DNA of 64,000 nt from Gemmatimonas sp. (lineage in GTDB: Bacteria; Gemmatimonadota; Gemmatimonadetes; Gemmatimonadales; Gemmatimonadaceae): NCBI GenBank assembly GCA_965279375.1, contig OZ257156.1, forward strand, positions 3,680,001 to 3,744,000, read 5' to 3'. Within the stretch, counting starts at the first letter, position 1. Each line of letters starts with the position of its first letter. Made by a program: the position numbers and the translations under genes. The notes below the pieces were generated by a model. That model saw only the letters and a program-made list of their open reading frames with translations. It ran no database searches and was not told the DNA's origin. Of the stretch, positions 10,558 through 23,432 are shown piece by piece.

Positions 10558-10986
10558 ATGGTTCACGAAACGACAAGCGAGTTGCGCGTCCGCTACGCCG
10601 AGACCGACCAGATGGGTGTGGTCTATCATGCCAACTATCTGGTGTGGTGCGAGATCGGTCGCACGGATTTCATCCGCCGCATGGGCAAGTCCTACGCGGA
10701 GCTCGAGCGCGAAGGCGTGACGCTCGCCGTCTCCGACGCGTCCCTCCGCTTTCACGCGTCGGCGCGCTACGACGATCCTGTACGCGTCCACACCACGCTC
10801 TCTGACGTCCGTTCCCGCGCGATGACCTTCGCCTATCGCATCGTGAACGCTGAGACGAACCAGCTGCTGGCCTCCGCAAGCACGACACTCGTGTCACTCG
10901 GGCGCGACGGCCGCATGATCTCCATGCCACAGGAACTGCGCGACGTGCTCGGCAAAGCGCAGGCCTCATCGGCGTCAGCGCGATGA
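10558..10986 (+). CDS. Acyl-CoA thioesterase (YbgC/FadM hotdog family)
   Basis: RVRYAETDQMGVVYHANYLVWCEIGR motif; ATG 10558 preferred over TTG 10522. Confidence 0.9.
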   Translation: MVHETTSELRVRYAETDQMGVVYHANYLVWCEIGRTDFIRRMGKSYAELEREGVTLAVSDASLRFHASARYDDPVRVHTTLSDVRSRAMTFAYRIVNAETNQLLASASTTLVSLGRDGRMISMPQELRDVLGKAQASSASAR

Positions 10987-13061
10987 ACCACTCGCGATCG
11001 CAGATGATTCGTCGAGCCCTCATGTCGTTTCCGCAGCGAAAATTTTCGCTGGTCGTCGCCCTGCTCTGCGTAGTCGCAACCGGCGCAGCGTGTGCTCGCA
11101 CGACCCAGACCGTCGCATCGCCGGCGGCCGCCGACCAGTCCGCACTCGACGGTCGCCTGCTTGCGATGATCGATCTTCGCGAGCGAGATACCCTGCTTGT
11201 CGACGCGCTGCTGCGTGACGGCGATTCACCGCGTCGCGCGCGAGCAACGCTTGCCATAGGACAGGTGCAGCTCCGCTCCCGCTATGATGCGCTACGCCGG
11301 TTGCTTCTCGATGCCGATACGGCCGTTGCCGCGAATGCAGCGTTCGCGTTGGGACTCGCGCATGACAGTGCCTCGCTCGTCGCGCTTGGCCGTGCGGTCG
11401 CTGGCGCTCCGGATGTCGTTGCGCGCGAGGCCGCTTGGGCGCTCGGCGAACTCGGAGACGTGGCGCGCGGCGTACTCGTGGTCGCACTGGGCGATAGCGA
11501 CAACGATGCCTTGAGATCGAGCGTTGCAGCGCTGCGCAGTCCAGTCGTTCGCGCGGAACTGCTCATGGCCACGGCAAAGCTGCGTGTCGTTCCGGTCAGC
11601 GCGATTGTTCCGTGGCTGGCGGATACGTCGGTCGAGGTGGTTCGCGGCGGTGCCTACGCCATCGCGCGCCCTCGCGTGGCCGCGGGCGCGCACGCGATGA
11701 TCCCGCTCGCGCGGCACCGAGATGAAGTCGTTCGACAGTACGTCGGACGCACACTCGTCCGCACCGCAGTGGCCGATTCGCTCGCGGTTCGTGCTCGTGT
11801 AGCGCTCGAAGCACTCGTCGCCGACACGAGCCCACGAGTGCGGATGAATGCGGTGCGCAGCTTGGCCACATTCGGTCCGTCGGTGCGCGCGCGGATCGAG
11901 AGCGTCTTGCGTGATGTCGATGCCAACGTCCGCATCGCGGCCGCCGAGAACATCGGCACTGTCTTTCTGCGCGATAGCAGCGCCTGGCGATCCGCTTGGC
12001 GGCAAGACTCTACGTTCACTGTGCGTCGCACACTGCTGGTGAATGCGCGTCGCGCAGGCTCCGATGCGCTCGCCGCCGCCGAATCCAGTTGGGTGAGTGA
12101 TGCGGACTGGCGTGCCCGTGCCGCCGTCGTCGAGGCGCGACTCGCTGGTGGACTCGATCGGGGAACGCTGGCTCGCGCTTTTGCAAATGATCGCGACAGT
12201 CGCGTGCGCGCGGCAGCGCTCGGTGCCATCGATGCGGCGACGCAAGACGCCTCCGGCGACGCTCGCGCGTTGCTGCGAACGGCCCTGCGCGACACGAGCG
12301 TGCAGGTACGTACGGTCGCGATCGGAGCTCTCAGTAGGCGCGCCGTCGCTGTGGATCTTCCAGCAGTTCTCGATGCGTCCGCAGGTGCGGCACGCGATGA
12401 AGACCTGCGTGTGTCGACTCTGCGTTTCCTCGCGGCGGCGTGGCAGCGCGACAGCGTCAACGTGTCATCGGCCAACGTCTCTCGATTGCGTTCGATTCCG
12501 CTACCCTCGACTGTACAGGAGCGCATGCTCGTCGCGCGTGTCACGCCGCTCGCGTCATGGGCGTCGGCTCCGGTTGCGCCACCTCGCGCGCAGTCGGAGT
12601 ACGACCAGCTCGCGCGCTGCTACTGGGGGGCCGGTGCACGCCGCACGAAGGCAGTCCTGCACACCTCGCGCGGAGATATCCGCATCGAACTGCTCGGTGA
12701 AAGCGCGCCACTCGTCGTCGAAGCATTTCTGAAGCTCGCGCGCGACGGCTACTACCGCGATTCGTGGTTCCATCGCGTCGTGCCCAATTTCGTGGCGCAG
12801 GACGGCAACCCTCGCGGCGATGGATCAGGAGGGCCCGGCGGAAGCTTGCGCGACGCGTGGACGAGGGAACGGCACGACCGCGGAGCAATTGGTCTCGCGA
12901 CGTCGGGACCCGATACCGGAGATGCGCAGTACTACCTGTGTCATTCGGCGCAGCCCCATCTCGACGGACACTACACGGTGTTCGCGCGAGTTACGTCCGG
13001 CTTCGACGTGCTCGATCGCCTCGTTCAGGGCGATCGTCTTCGATCCGTGGAGATTCAGTGA
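10983..13061 (+). CDS. HEAT-repeat protein with C-terminal cyclophilin-type peptidyl-prolyl isomerase, probably exported
   Basis: Repeated D..P.VR..AA.ALG HEAT units; FHRVVPNFVAQDG, PHLDGHYTVF; N-terminal hydrophobic segment ending in Cys. Confidence 0.85.
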   Translation: MNHSRSQMIRRALMSFPQRKFSLVVALLCVVATGAACARTTQTVASPAAADQSALDGRLLAMIDLRERDTLLVDALLRDGDSPRRARATLAIGQVQLRSRYDALRRLLLDADTAVAANAAFALGLAHDSASLVALGRAVAGAPDVVAREAAWALGELGDVARGVLVVALGDSDNDALRSSVAALRSPVVRAELLMATAKLRVVPVSAIVPWLADTSVEVVRGGAYAIARPRVAAGAHAMIPLARHRDEVVRQYVGRTLVRTAVADSLAVRARVALEALVADTSPRVRMNAVRSLATFGPSVRARIESVLRDVDANVRIAAAENIGTVFLRDSSAWRSAWRQDSTFTVRRTLLVNARRAGSDALAAAESSWVSDADWRARAAVVEARLAGGLDRGTLARAFANDRDSRVRAAALGAIDAATQDASGDARALLRTALRDTSVQVRTVAIGALSRRAVAVDLPAVLDASAGAARDEDLRVSTLRFLAAAWQRDSVNVSSANVSRLRSIPLPSTVQERMLVARVTPLASWASAPVAPPRAQSEYDQLARCYWGAGARRTKAVLHTSRGDIRIELLGESAPLVVEAFLKLARDGYYRDSWFHRVVPNFVAQDGNPRGDGSGGPGGSLRDAWTRERHDRGAIGLATSGPDTGDAQYYLCHSAQPHLDGHYTVFARVTSGFDVLDRLVQGDRLRSVEIQ

Positions 13062-13792
13062 TTCAGAGAGTCATCCTTACCGCGCATCGTGCGCGGCATC
13101 ACGTATTTGGGACGCGTAGTCGCAGGTTGCTTGCGGCCCTGAGCATGCTACTGTCGGTCGCGTCGTGCACACCAAGCGCGCCCCCACTTCGCGGTGCGCC
13201 GTCTACGGCAGCGTTTCCGCCGGCCGAACTGCCCGACCGGCCGCAGCAGTTGCGCTTCTCGTGGACGTATAAGGACGAAACATTCGAGGCGAACGGAGAC
13301 GGCGTTGTACGGCACACGCCGCGTGACAAGGCCAGGCTCGATTTCTTCCTGAAGAACGGTATGGCCGGCGGCTATGCCATTCTCGTGGGCGACTCCCTGA
13401 TTGTGCCGGGCATCGACTTGGTGCGCCGCTTCCTCCCGCCGGTGCCACTCCTCTGGGCCACACTCGGACGACTGGCGCTTCCTGCGTCGCCCGATACGGT
13501 CGCTCGACTGGACGGCGATACACTGCGTGTGGATCTGGGGAACCTGCGTGGCCGTGACGCGTCGGTCGCCAATGGGAGGGCGTGGCGGATATCATTCGGC
13601 GGGCGCGCACTCGGCAGGGTCGATCGGATCGAGGGCGGGAAGGTGGTCGAGTGGGTGAGCCGCCGTCGCAATACGTCAGGTCAGTGGGAGCTGCAGTACG
13701 TCCACGAACAGTCCCGGCGTCGCCTGGGTATTGTCGTGCTGGACACCACCGTGGTCGAGGGATTCGATGACGCAATTTTCCGGAAGCCGTAG
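13058..13792 (+). CDS. Hypothetical lipoprotein
   Basis: GTG overlaps previous stop; RRLLAALSMLLSVASC lipobox; beta-strand-rich body. Confidence 0.65.
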   Translation: MIQRVILTAHRARHHVFGTRSRRLLAALSMLLSVASCTPSAPPLRGAPSTAAFPPAELPDRPQQLRFSWTYKDETFEANGDGVVRHTPRDKARLDFFLKNGMAGGYAILVGDSLIVPGIDLVRRFLPPVPLLWATLGRLALPASPDTVARLDGDTLRVDLGNLRGRDASVANGRAWRISFGGRALGRVDRIEGGKVVEWVSRRRNTSGQWELQYVHEQSRRRLGIVVLDTTVVEGFDDAIFRKP

Positions 13793-13796
13793 CGAT

Positions 13797-14342
13797 ATGC
13801 CGCGCGCATCACGCGCCCACTGCGGCGCCGTCGGGCGTGCGTGGCGGGCGTCGACGCTGCTGCTCGTCGCCATCGGCTCGCTCGCGCTGAACGGCTGTCT
13901 CTACGGCTTCGCGAGTGGCAGCGGGCTCCCCAAGAACCTTCGGAGCGTGGCGGTACAGCCCTTCGACAACCAGACCGCAGTTCCGGAGCTCCAGCGCGAG
14001 GTCTTCGAGCAGCTGCGGAAAGGCATGCGCGATCGGCTGAATCTGCGCGAGGCACCCGAGCAGCGTGCGGACGTCGTCGTGCGCGGCACCATCCTCCGAT
14101 ACGAGGTAGACTTGCCGGCCGGCGTCAGCGCCGATCCACGGCAGACCACATCGACGCGTCGTCGCCTGCAAATCGTGATGGACGTCGAGATCGTCGATCA
14201 GACCACCGGACGCATGCTGCTCAAGCGCGCTGGCATTTCGAAGGAAGGTCAGTACGCGGAAGGCGGCGAAGCGGCGGGCCGCAAGATTGCCATCGAGAGT
14301 CTCGTCAACGAACTGCTCGAAGGAGCGCAGTCGCAGTGGTAG
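13797..14342 (+). CDS. lptE: LPS assembly lipoprotein LptE-like
   Basis: Lipobox LNGC followed by YGF..LP..LRSVAVQPFDNQT, ADVVVRGTI; size typical of LptE. Confidence 0.7.
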   Translation: MPRASRAHCGAVGRAWRASTLLLVAIGSLALNGCLYGFASGSGLPKNLRSVAVQPFDNQTAVPELQREVFEQLRKGMRDRLNLREAPEQRADVVVRGTILRYEVDLPAGVSADPRQTTSTRRRLQIVMDVEIVDQTTGRMLLKRAGISKEGQYAEGGEAAGRKIAIESLVNELLEGAQSQW

Positions 14343-14824
14343 TAGGCGCGACACTTCGACGGCCGTACGACAAGATCATGTCACGCGAACAAGTGGCGCA
14401 GTGGCGTGAGTCCGTGAGCGGCCCGGTGGTGTTTACCAACGGCGTCTTCGATCTCATTCATCCAGGGCACGTGGATGTAATCGATGGCGCGCGACGACAT
14501 GGTGACGCGCTCGTTGTTGGCGTCAACAGCGATGCGTCCGTGCAGCGCCTCAAGGGACCGACGCGTCCGGTGCGTACGGAAGCCGAACGTGCGCAGGTGC
14601 TCGCAGCATTCGAGGCCGTCGATGCCGTTGTCATCTTCGGCGAGGACACACCGTTGGAACTGGTGCGCGCGCTGCAACCGGACGTGATCGTGAAGGGAGG
14701 CGACTACTCGCCAGAGACGATCGTCGGCGCAGATGTTGTTCGTGCACGCGGAGGTCGCGTCATCGTCGTCCCGCTCCAGGCGGGACAATCCACCACATCC
14801 ATCATCGAGAAATTGCGTGGCTGA
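14336..14824 (+). CDS. rfaE2: D-glycero-beta-D-manno-heptose 1-phosphate adenylyltransferase (stand-alone RfaE2/HldC)
   Basis: [42 protein letters not shown] with AGGAG upstream. Confidence 0.92.
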   Translation: MVVGATLRRPYDKIMSREQVAQWRESVSGPVVFTNGVFDLIHPGHVDVIDGARRHGDALVVGVNSDASVQRLKGPTRPVRTEAERAQVLAAFEAVDAVVIFGEDTPLELVRALQPDVIVKGGDYSPETIVGADVVRARGGRVIVVPLQAGQSTTSIIEKLRG

Positions 14825-15581
14825 GTCAGGGCAGGGTACACCGAATCCGCGAATTGGCCGCGCCAACGACGCGCTTCGCAAGATCGAACTCGAGCGCGGT
14901 CCAGTGCTCTACGCCGAGGGATCGTGCCTGGTCTCTTTTGGCGAGACACGTGTGCTGTGCGCCGCCTCTGTCGAAGATGGCGTGCCCGGATGGCGTCGTG
15001 GGAGCGGAGAAGGTTGGGTCACGGCCGAATACGCGATGCTTCCGCGCGCCACCAAGACGCGTTCCCCTCGCGAGCGCCAGCAGATCGGCGGACGCACGCA
15101 GGAGATTCAGCGTCTCATCGGTCGGAGCGTCCGTGCTATGCTCGATGACTTCCGCTTTGGCGAGTTCACCATCAAGGTCGATTGCGATGTCTTGCAGGCG
15201 GATGGTGGCACGCGCACAGCGGCAATCACTGGCGCATGCATCGCGGTGCATGACGCGTTCGCATGGATGGTGCAAACGGGACGTGTTTCGGCCACGCCGG
15301 TCCGTCGGCGGGTTGCCGCGGTCAGCGTCGGTATCGTCGACGGCGAGGCGCGACTCGATCTCGACTACCTCGAGGACGTGCGCGCAGGTGTCGACATGAA
15401 CGTGGTCATGAGCAGCGAAGGTCGATTCGTCGAGGTGCAGGGTACCGGCGAGCACGGCACCTTCGCCCGCGCCGAGCTGGATGCACTGTTGGCGCATGCG
15501 ACACTCGGCATTGGACACCTCGATGCCGCGCAGCAGGCGGCGCTTGATCGGCCACTGGTTGGCCGTTCGCCGAACGCGTGA
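14817..15581 (+). CDS. rph: Ribonuclease PH
   Basis: [49 protein letters not shown]; start at GTG 14817. Confidence 0.97.
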   Translation: MAESGQGTPNPRIGRANDALRKIELERGPVLYAEGSCLVSFGETRVLCAASVEDGVPGWRRGSGEGWVTAEYAMLPRATKTRSPRERQQIGGRTQEIQRLIGRSVRAMLDDFRFGEFTIKVDCDVLQADGGTRTAAITGACIAVHDAFAWMVQTGRVSATPVRRRVAAVSVGIVDGEARLDLDYLEDVRAGVDMNVVMSSEGRFVEVQGTGEHGTFARAELDALLAHATLGIGHLDAAQQAALDRPLVGRSPNA

Positions 15582-15596
15582 GCACGGCGGCGCGCG

Positions 15597-16280
15597 TTGA
15601 CTGAAGCGGTGGTACTGGCGACGCGAAGCGCGGGGAAGCTGCGCGAACTACTGCCGCTATTGGCGGAAGCTGGTTTGCGCGCGGTGTCGCTCAGCGACGT
15701 CGGTCTGGAGGAGCTGGCCGAGGAGGATTCGCTGGAGGAGTTCGATACCTTCGAGGAGAACGCGCTCGCGAAGGCTCGGTACTTCTCGGAACGAAGCGGT
15801 GGGCGTGTCGTGCTCGCCGACGATTCGGGCTTGGAGGTCGACGCGCTCGACGGTGCACCCGGAGTGCGGAGCAAGCGGTGGGGAGGGTTCGAGGCTCTCG
15901 ATGGTGCGGCACTCGACGCAGCGAACAACACACATCTGCTTCGGTCGCTCGAGATTGCGTCGTTGTCGGGGCGGTCCGAGCGTAGTGCGCGCTATGTGTG
16001 CGCCGCGGCCTGCGTGTGGCCGGGCGGCTCACTCGTCTTTCGTGGCGCCACTTCTGGCGAGATCCTCGACCATCCCGAGGGAAGCGGAGGGTTCGGCTAC
16101 GATCCGCTTTTCAGGTCGGACGAACTCGCGAAAACGTTCGGGTCAGCGAGCCGCGACGAGAAGGCGTCAGTGAGTCATCGTGGTCGAGCGTTCGGCGCGC
16201 TCGTTGTTGCGATGGGTGCGGAAAATTCACTTCGCACGAAGTTGATTTGCCCAGTTGACCCAGAGGGGATGCGCGGGTAA
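15597..16280 (+). CDS. rdgB: Non-canonical purine NTP pyrophosphatase (RdgB/HAM1)
   Basis: LATRSAGK, TFEENALAKA, DDSGL, APGVRS, GFGYDP, SHRGRA; follows rph. Confidence 0.95.
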   Translation: MTEAVVLATRSAGKLRELLPLLAEAGLRAVSLSDVGLEELAEEDSLEEFDTFEENALAKARYFSERSGGRVVLADDSGLEVDALDGAPGVRSKRWGGFEALDGAALDAANNTHLLRSLEIASLSGRSERSARYVCAAACVWPGGSLVFRGATSGEILDHPEGSGGFGYDPLFRSDELAKTFGSASRDEKASVSHRGRAFGALVVAMGAENSLRTKLICPVDPEGMRG

Positions 16281-16283
16281 CAT
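16255..16283 (+). promoter_or_regulatory. Sigma70 promoter of tRNA cluster (TTGACC-17-TAACAT)
   Basis: Near-consensus hexamers with 17-nt spacer, 12 nt upstream of tRNA-Pro, overlapping the rdgB 3' end. Confidence 0.7.
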
Positions 16284-16295
16284 GAGCAGCCGCTG

Positions 16296-16369
16296 CGGGG
16301 CGTAGCGTAGCCCGGTATCGCGCCTGCTTTGGGAGCAGGAGGTCGCCGGTTCGAATCCGGCCGCCCCGA
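16296..16369 (+). tRNA. tRNA-Pro(TGG)
   Basis: Cloverleaf; anticodon arm CCTGC-TT TGG GA-GCAGG; GGTTCGAATCC T-loop; CCA not encoded. Confidence 0.97.
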
Positions 16370-16446
16370 TCATGCCGCAAGGCAAGCAGTAACTGTGGCT
16401 GATCCACGTTGGTCTCTCGGTTCCGAGGGGCCGGCGGCAAATGCAG

Positions 16447-16520
16447 GCGCCAGTAGCTCAGTCGGATAGAGCGGCAGCCTTCTAAGCTGCGGGTCGGGGG
16501 TTCGATTCCCTCCTGGCGCG
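16447..16520 (+). tRNA. tRNA-Arg(TCT)
   Basis: Acceptor GCGCCAG/CTGGCGC; anticodon arm GCAGC-CT TCT AA-GCTGC. Confidence 0.97.
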
Positions 16521-16564
16521 CTGAAGCGGTTGGATCGTTCGCAGGCAGGTGTTGTTGTCGTTTT

Positions 16565-16636
16565 GCACCCTTAGCTCAATGGTAGAGCAGCTGACTCTTA
16601 ATCAGTAGGTTCTAGGTTCGAGTCCTAGAGGGTGCA
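16565..16636 (+). tRNA. tRNA-Lys(CTT)
   Basis: Acceptor GCACCCT/AGGGTGC; anticodon arm GCTGA-CT CTT AA-TCAGT. Confidence 0.97.
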
Positions 16637-16665
16637 TTTGTCGGTGAAGTCGTTGTGGTACGGTT

Positions 16666-16703
16666 AAACGGGCCGTCTCCGTTTCGGAGATGGCCCGTTT
16701 TGT
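16666..16703 (+). terminator. Rho-independent terminator after tRNA cluster
   Basis: AAACGGGCCGTCTCCG/CGGAGATGGCCCGTTT hairpin followed by T-rich tail. Confidence 0.8.
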
Positions 16704-16877
16704 CCTAAAGCGTTGCGCTGTGGTGAGTATGTTCGGCCGTTCCAATTTTGGGCCTTGCGCCTAAGAGAACGCGGACATAACTTCGCCACCCCTCCGCCGC
16801 CCGGGTAGCCTCGCGACACAGATCGCGGAACGGTTACGAAACGGGGTAGAGACCTCAAAGAAAGTTCGGCGAGGGGC

Positions 16878-16906
16878 TTTACAGGGCGAGGTCAACGTTT
16901 TATTAG
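16878..16906 (+). promoter_or_regulatory. Putative promoter of rRNA operon 1 (TTTACA-17-TATTAG)
   Basis: Lies at the same distance (32 nt) from the shared leader as the operon 2 promoter; -10 non-consensus at last base. Confidence 0.5.
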
Positions 16907-16993
16907 TTAAGGCTCTAGCCAAAACATCGGCGGACAAGAAAAGCTAAGTGATGCAGCCTCAAGGGGTTGCGGAACGCTAGAAGGGAAGTAGGA

Positions 16994-17007
16994 CGCTATT
17001 TGACAAC
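16994..17007 (+). promoter_or_regulatory. boxA-like rRNA antitermination site, leader (second copy 25870..25883)
   Basis: CGCTATTTGACAAC resembles boxA TGCTCTTTAACAA and recurs in the ITS. Confidence 0.7.
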
Positions 17008-17149
17008 TGAAGTTGAGATCGAAGACGTGCGAGGCGGTGTCTATGACCTGCGGCTCCATCAGGGCTGCAGCGAGACATTACCTGATGAGATTTTAAGTGA
17101 TTCGGCGCTAGATCTTTCGGGATCGCGCTGAAGAGCCTGTTGAACTTTT

Positions 17150-18675
<1,526 letters not shown>

Positions 18676-18806
18676 GGAGCGACGAGTAGACCGGGTCTTC
18701 GGACTGGCGGGTCGAAAGTCCCAGATTTGTCGCCCGCTTCGTACGTTTCGATCTCAATTTTGGTTGGCACTGGGGCCACGGATTGCCGCAAGGCGATTGG
18801 TGGCCG

Positions 18807-18820
18807 TGCTATTTGACAAC
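18807..18820 (+). promoter_or_regulatory. boxA-like site in 16S-23S ITS (second copy 27683..27696)
   Basis: TGCTATTTGACAAC, preceded by a hairpin (boxB-like). Confidence 0.7.
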
Positions 18821-19004
18821 GGATAAGGGAAGTGATCGTGGGTACTACCACTTGAGTTGCGACTACTGGTCGGGACTTGGGTGGCTAGGACGAAGAACCT
18901 CAGTGAGGCTCACTATCCACGCGCGGTGCAAACCGAGGCGTGGGCAGCTGACGCAACACATGAAGTGAGAAGTAGAGCGCACGTTTTGCTTGAAGAGTAG
19001 GGAA

Positions 19005-21950
<2,946 letters not shown>

Positions 21951-22202
21951 CCCCCTGGTTTTTCCAGGGGCAAGACAAGAATCACCGCAAAGCATGCGCA
22001 CGTCATGCGCCCCGCTGGCTAATCCCAGTGTCGGCGCCCCATGATCACTCCCATCCGTTTGTCAGATTGCGCCCCGTGCAATTTGAACATCTCGGATCAT
22101 TCGCTCTGGACCGACAGCGTTTCGTCAGAAACGCGTTGTCATAGGAGTTTGCGCGGCCACCGGCCGCAGCAAACCCGCCAGCGAATGTTCCGAAGGAAGA
22201 TT

Positions 22203-22320
22203 CGCTGGCAACTAGAGCGCTTGGGCCACACCCGTTCCCATCCCGAACACGGTCGTTAAGCCAAGCAGCGCCGATGGTACTCCGGTCGAGAGATCGCGGG
22301 AGAGTAGGCCGTTGCCGGCA
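22203..22320 (+). rRNA. rrf: 5S rRNA, operon 1
   Basis: CCCGTTCCCATCCCGAACACGG, GCCGATGGTACT, GGGAGAGTAGG; helix I GCTGGCAAC/GTTGCCGGC. Confidence 0.98.
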
Positions 22321-22326
22321 CCTTTT

Positions 22327-22363
22327 ACGAAGCCCCCGTCACTCCACGTGGCGGGGGCTTCGT
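22327..22363 (+). terminator. Hairpin after 5S, probable terminator (no U-tract)
   Basis: 16-bp stem ACGAAGCCCCCGTCAC/GTGGCGGGGGCTTCGT. Confidence 0.65.
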
Positions 22364-22455
22364 CGTGTCCGTATGCGCCGTCATCTCCACTTTCACCTGG
22401 TACCGACAGTGCGCAGGCGAACGAGTGCCAACAATCCCGGTCCGTCTGTCCACGG

Positions 22456-22830
22456 CTATCGAGTCGAATTTCGCTCGTAGCCCATGCCCAGCGCCCCTAT
22501 GTCGCCCGTCACCTCGATCGCGACGGTGGCCGTCTGTGTGGACGAGGTGTTCTTGAAGATCGCCATAGCCGATTTGGAGAATCGGGCGTCAACGTGCGCA
22601 CCGGGCGCGAGGGTGAGGACGCTATCCCGCTTTCCATCGCGTTCGGAAAACACGACGATCGGGACCGGTCCTGCGTTGGTCCCCCGACCGACAAACGCCC
22701 CGGCCTGTCCGCCACCCAGGCGGAACGCCTTGCCCGGTTCGATGGTCGTCCTGCTGGTCAGCGACGCGCACGCCGCGATCATGGGAAGGAGCGCGACATA
22801 GAGCACGTGGGGGCGAGAACGGACGAGCAC
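22456..22830 (-). CDS. Hypothetical small lipoprotein
   Basis: GTG 22830 with GGAG SD; YVALLPMIAAC lipobox; protein-like beta-rich body. Confidence 0.7.
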   Translation of the reverse strand: MLVRSRPHVLYVALLPMIAACASLTSRTTIEPGKAFRLGGGQAGAFVGRGTNAGPVPIVVFSERDGKRDSVLTLAPGAHVDARFSKSAMAIFKNTSSTQTATVAIEVTGDIGALGMGYERNSTR

Positions 22831-23110
22831 GGCGAACTCCGGAGTGAGGGCAGAGGGACACGCGACGGTCAGGCCTTCGCGTCCCAAGGATGCGCGGATG
22901 CAGTGGTCCTGCGGCAGGACGTTCGCGGCCAACGATTCGAGAACCAAGCCAACTCAGTAAGGGTGCCAGGCGAGCGGCCTGCGGTCGGTCTCGGCCGTCG
23001 ACACGGCGGCGGCAACCGTGGGCCTAGCTTGGAGCACACGGCGCCTAGATCTATCGCGCCGTGGCTGTGGTAGAGGGAGCCCCGCGCGCGCCGTCCAGTG
23101 CGCCGCTGCA

Positions 23111-23167
23111 ACCTAACCTCGCATTGCTGCTAATGTGACCTTCACGGAACGCAAGCAAGCGTTAGAC
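23111..23167 (+). mobile_element. Integron attC-like site (degenerate)
   Basis: RYYYAAC (ACCTAAC) ... GTTRRRY (GTTAGAC), 57 nt, with inner TTGCTGC/GCAAGCAA complementarity. Confidence 0.5.
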
Positions 23168-23432
23168 AAGCCGTCCTGATTCAGGCGCATCTCGGTCGGG
23201 TGGCGCTGCCGCGAACCAGGTTGTGTGCGCCGACTATTCCCGCGCCGAAGTACATGCCATGAACCGTGACGCTGATCGGCGAGTGATCCGCCTCCGACAG
23301 GAAGTCCGGTCGAGCGCGATCGCAGGCTGAGACGCGCTCGCCGACCTATCGCCCAAGGTGCTCAGGAAACCCTTGCGAAATGAGCGGTGACGAAACACCG
23401 AGCACGCACGCTTCCCTGCAGACGCCCATCAC

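Noticed and set aside
16296..16636. tRNA genes as integration sites of a genomic island
   Set aside because: I found no duplicated tRNA 3' end and no integrase in the window.
22312..23073. 253-aa + strand ORF after the first 5S
   Set aside because: Starts inside the 5S/terminator, is Arg/Gly-rich and lies antisense to a better-supported lipoprotein gene.
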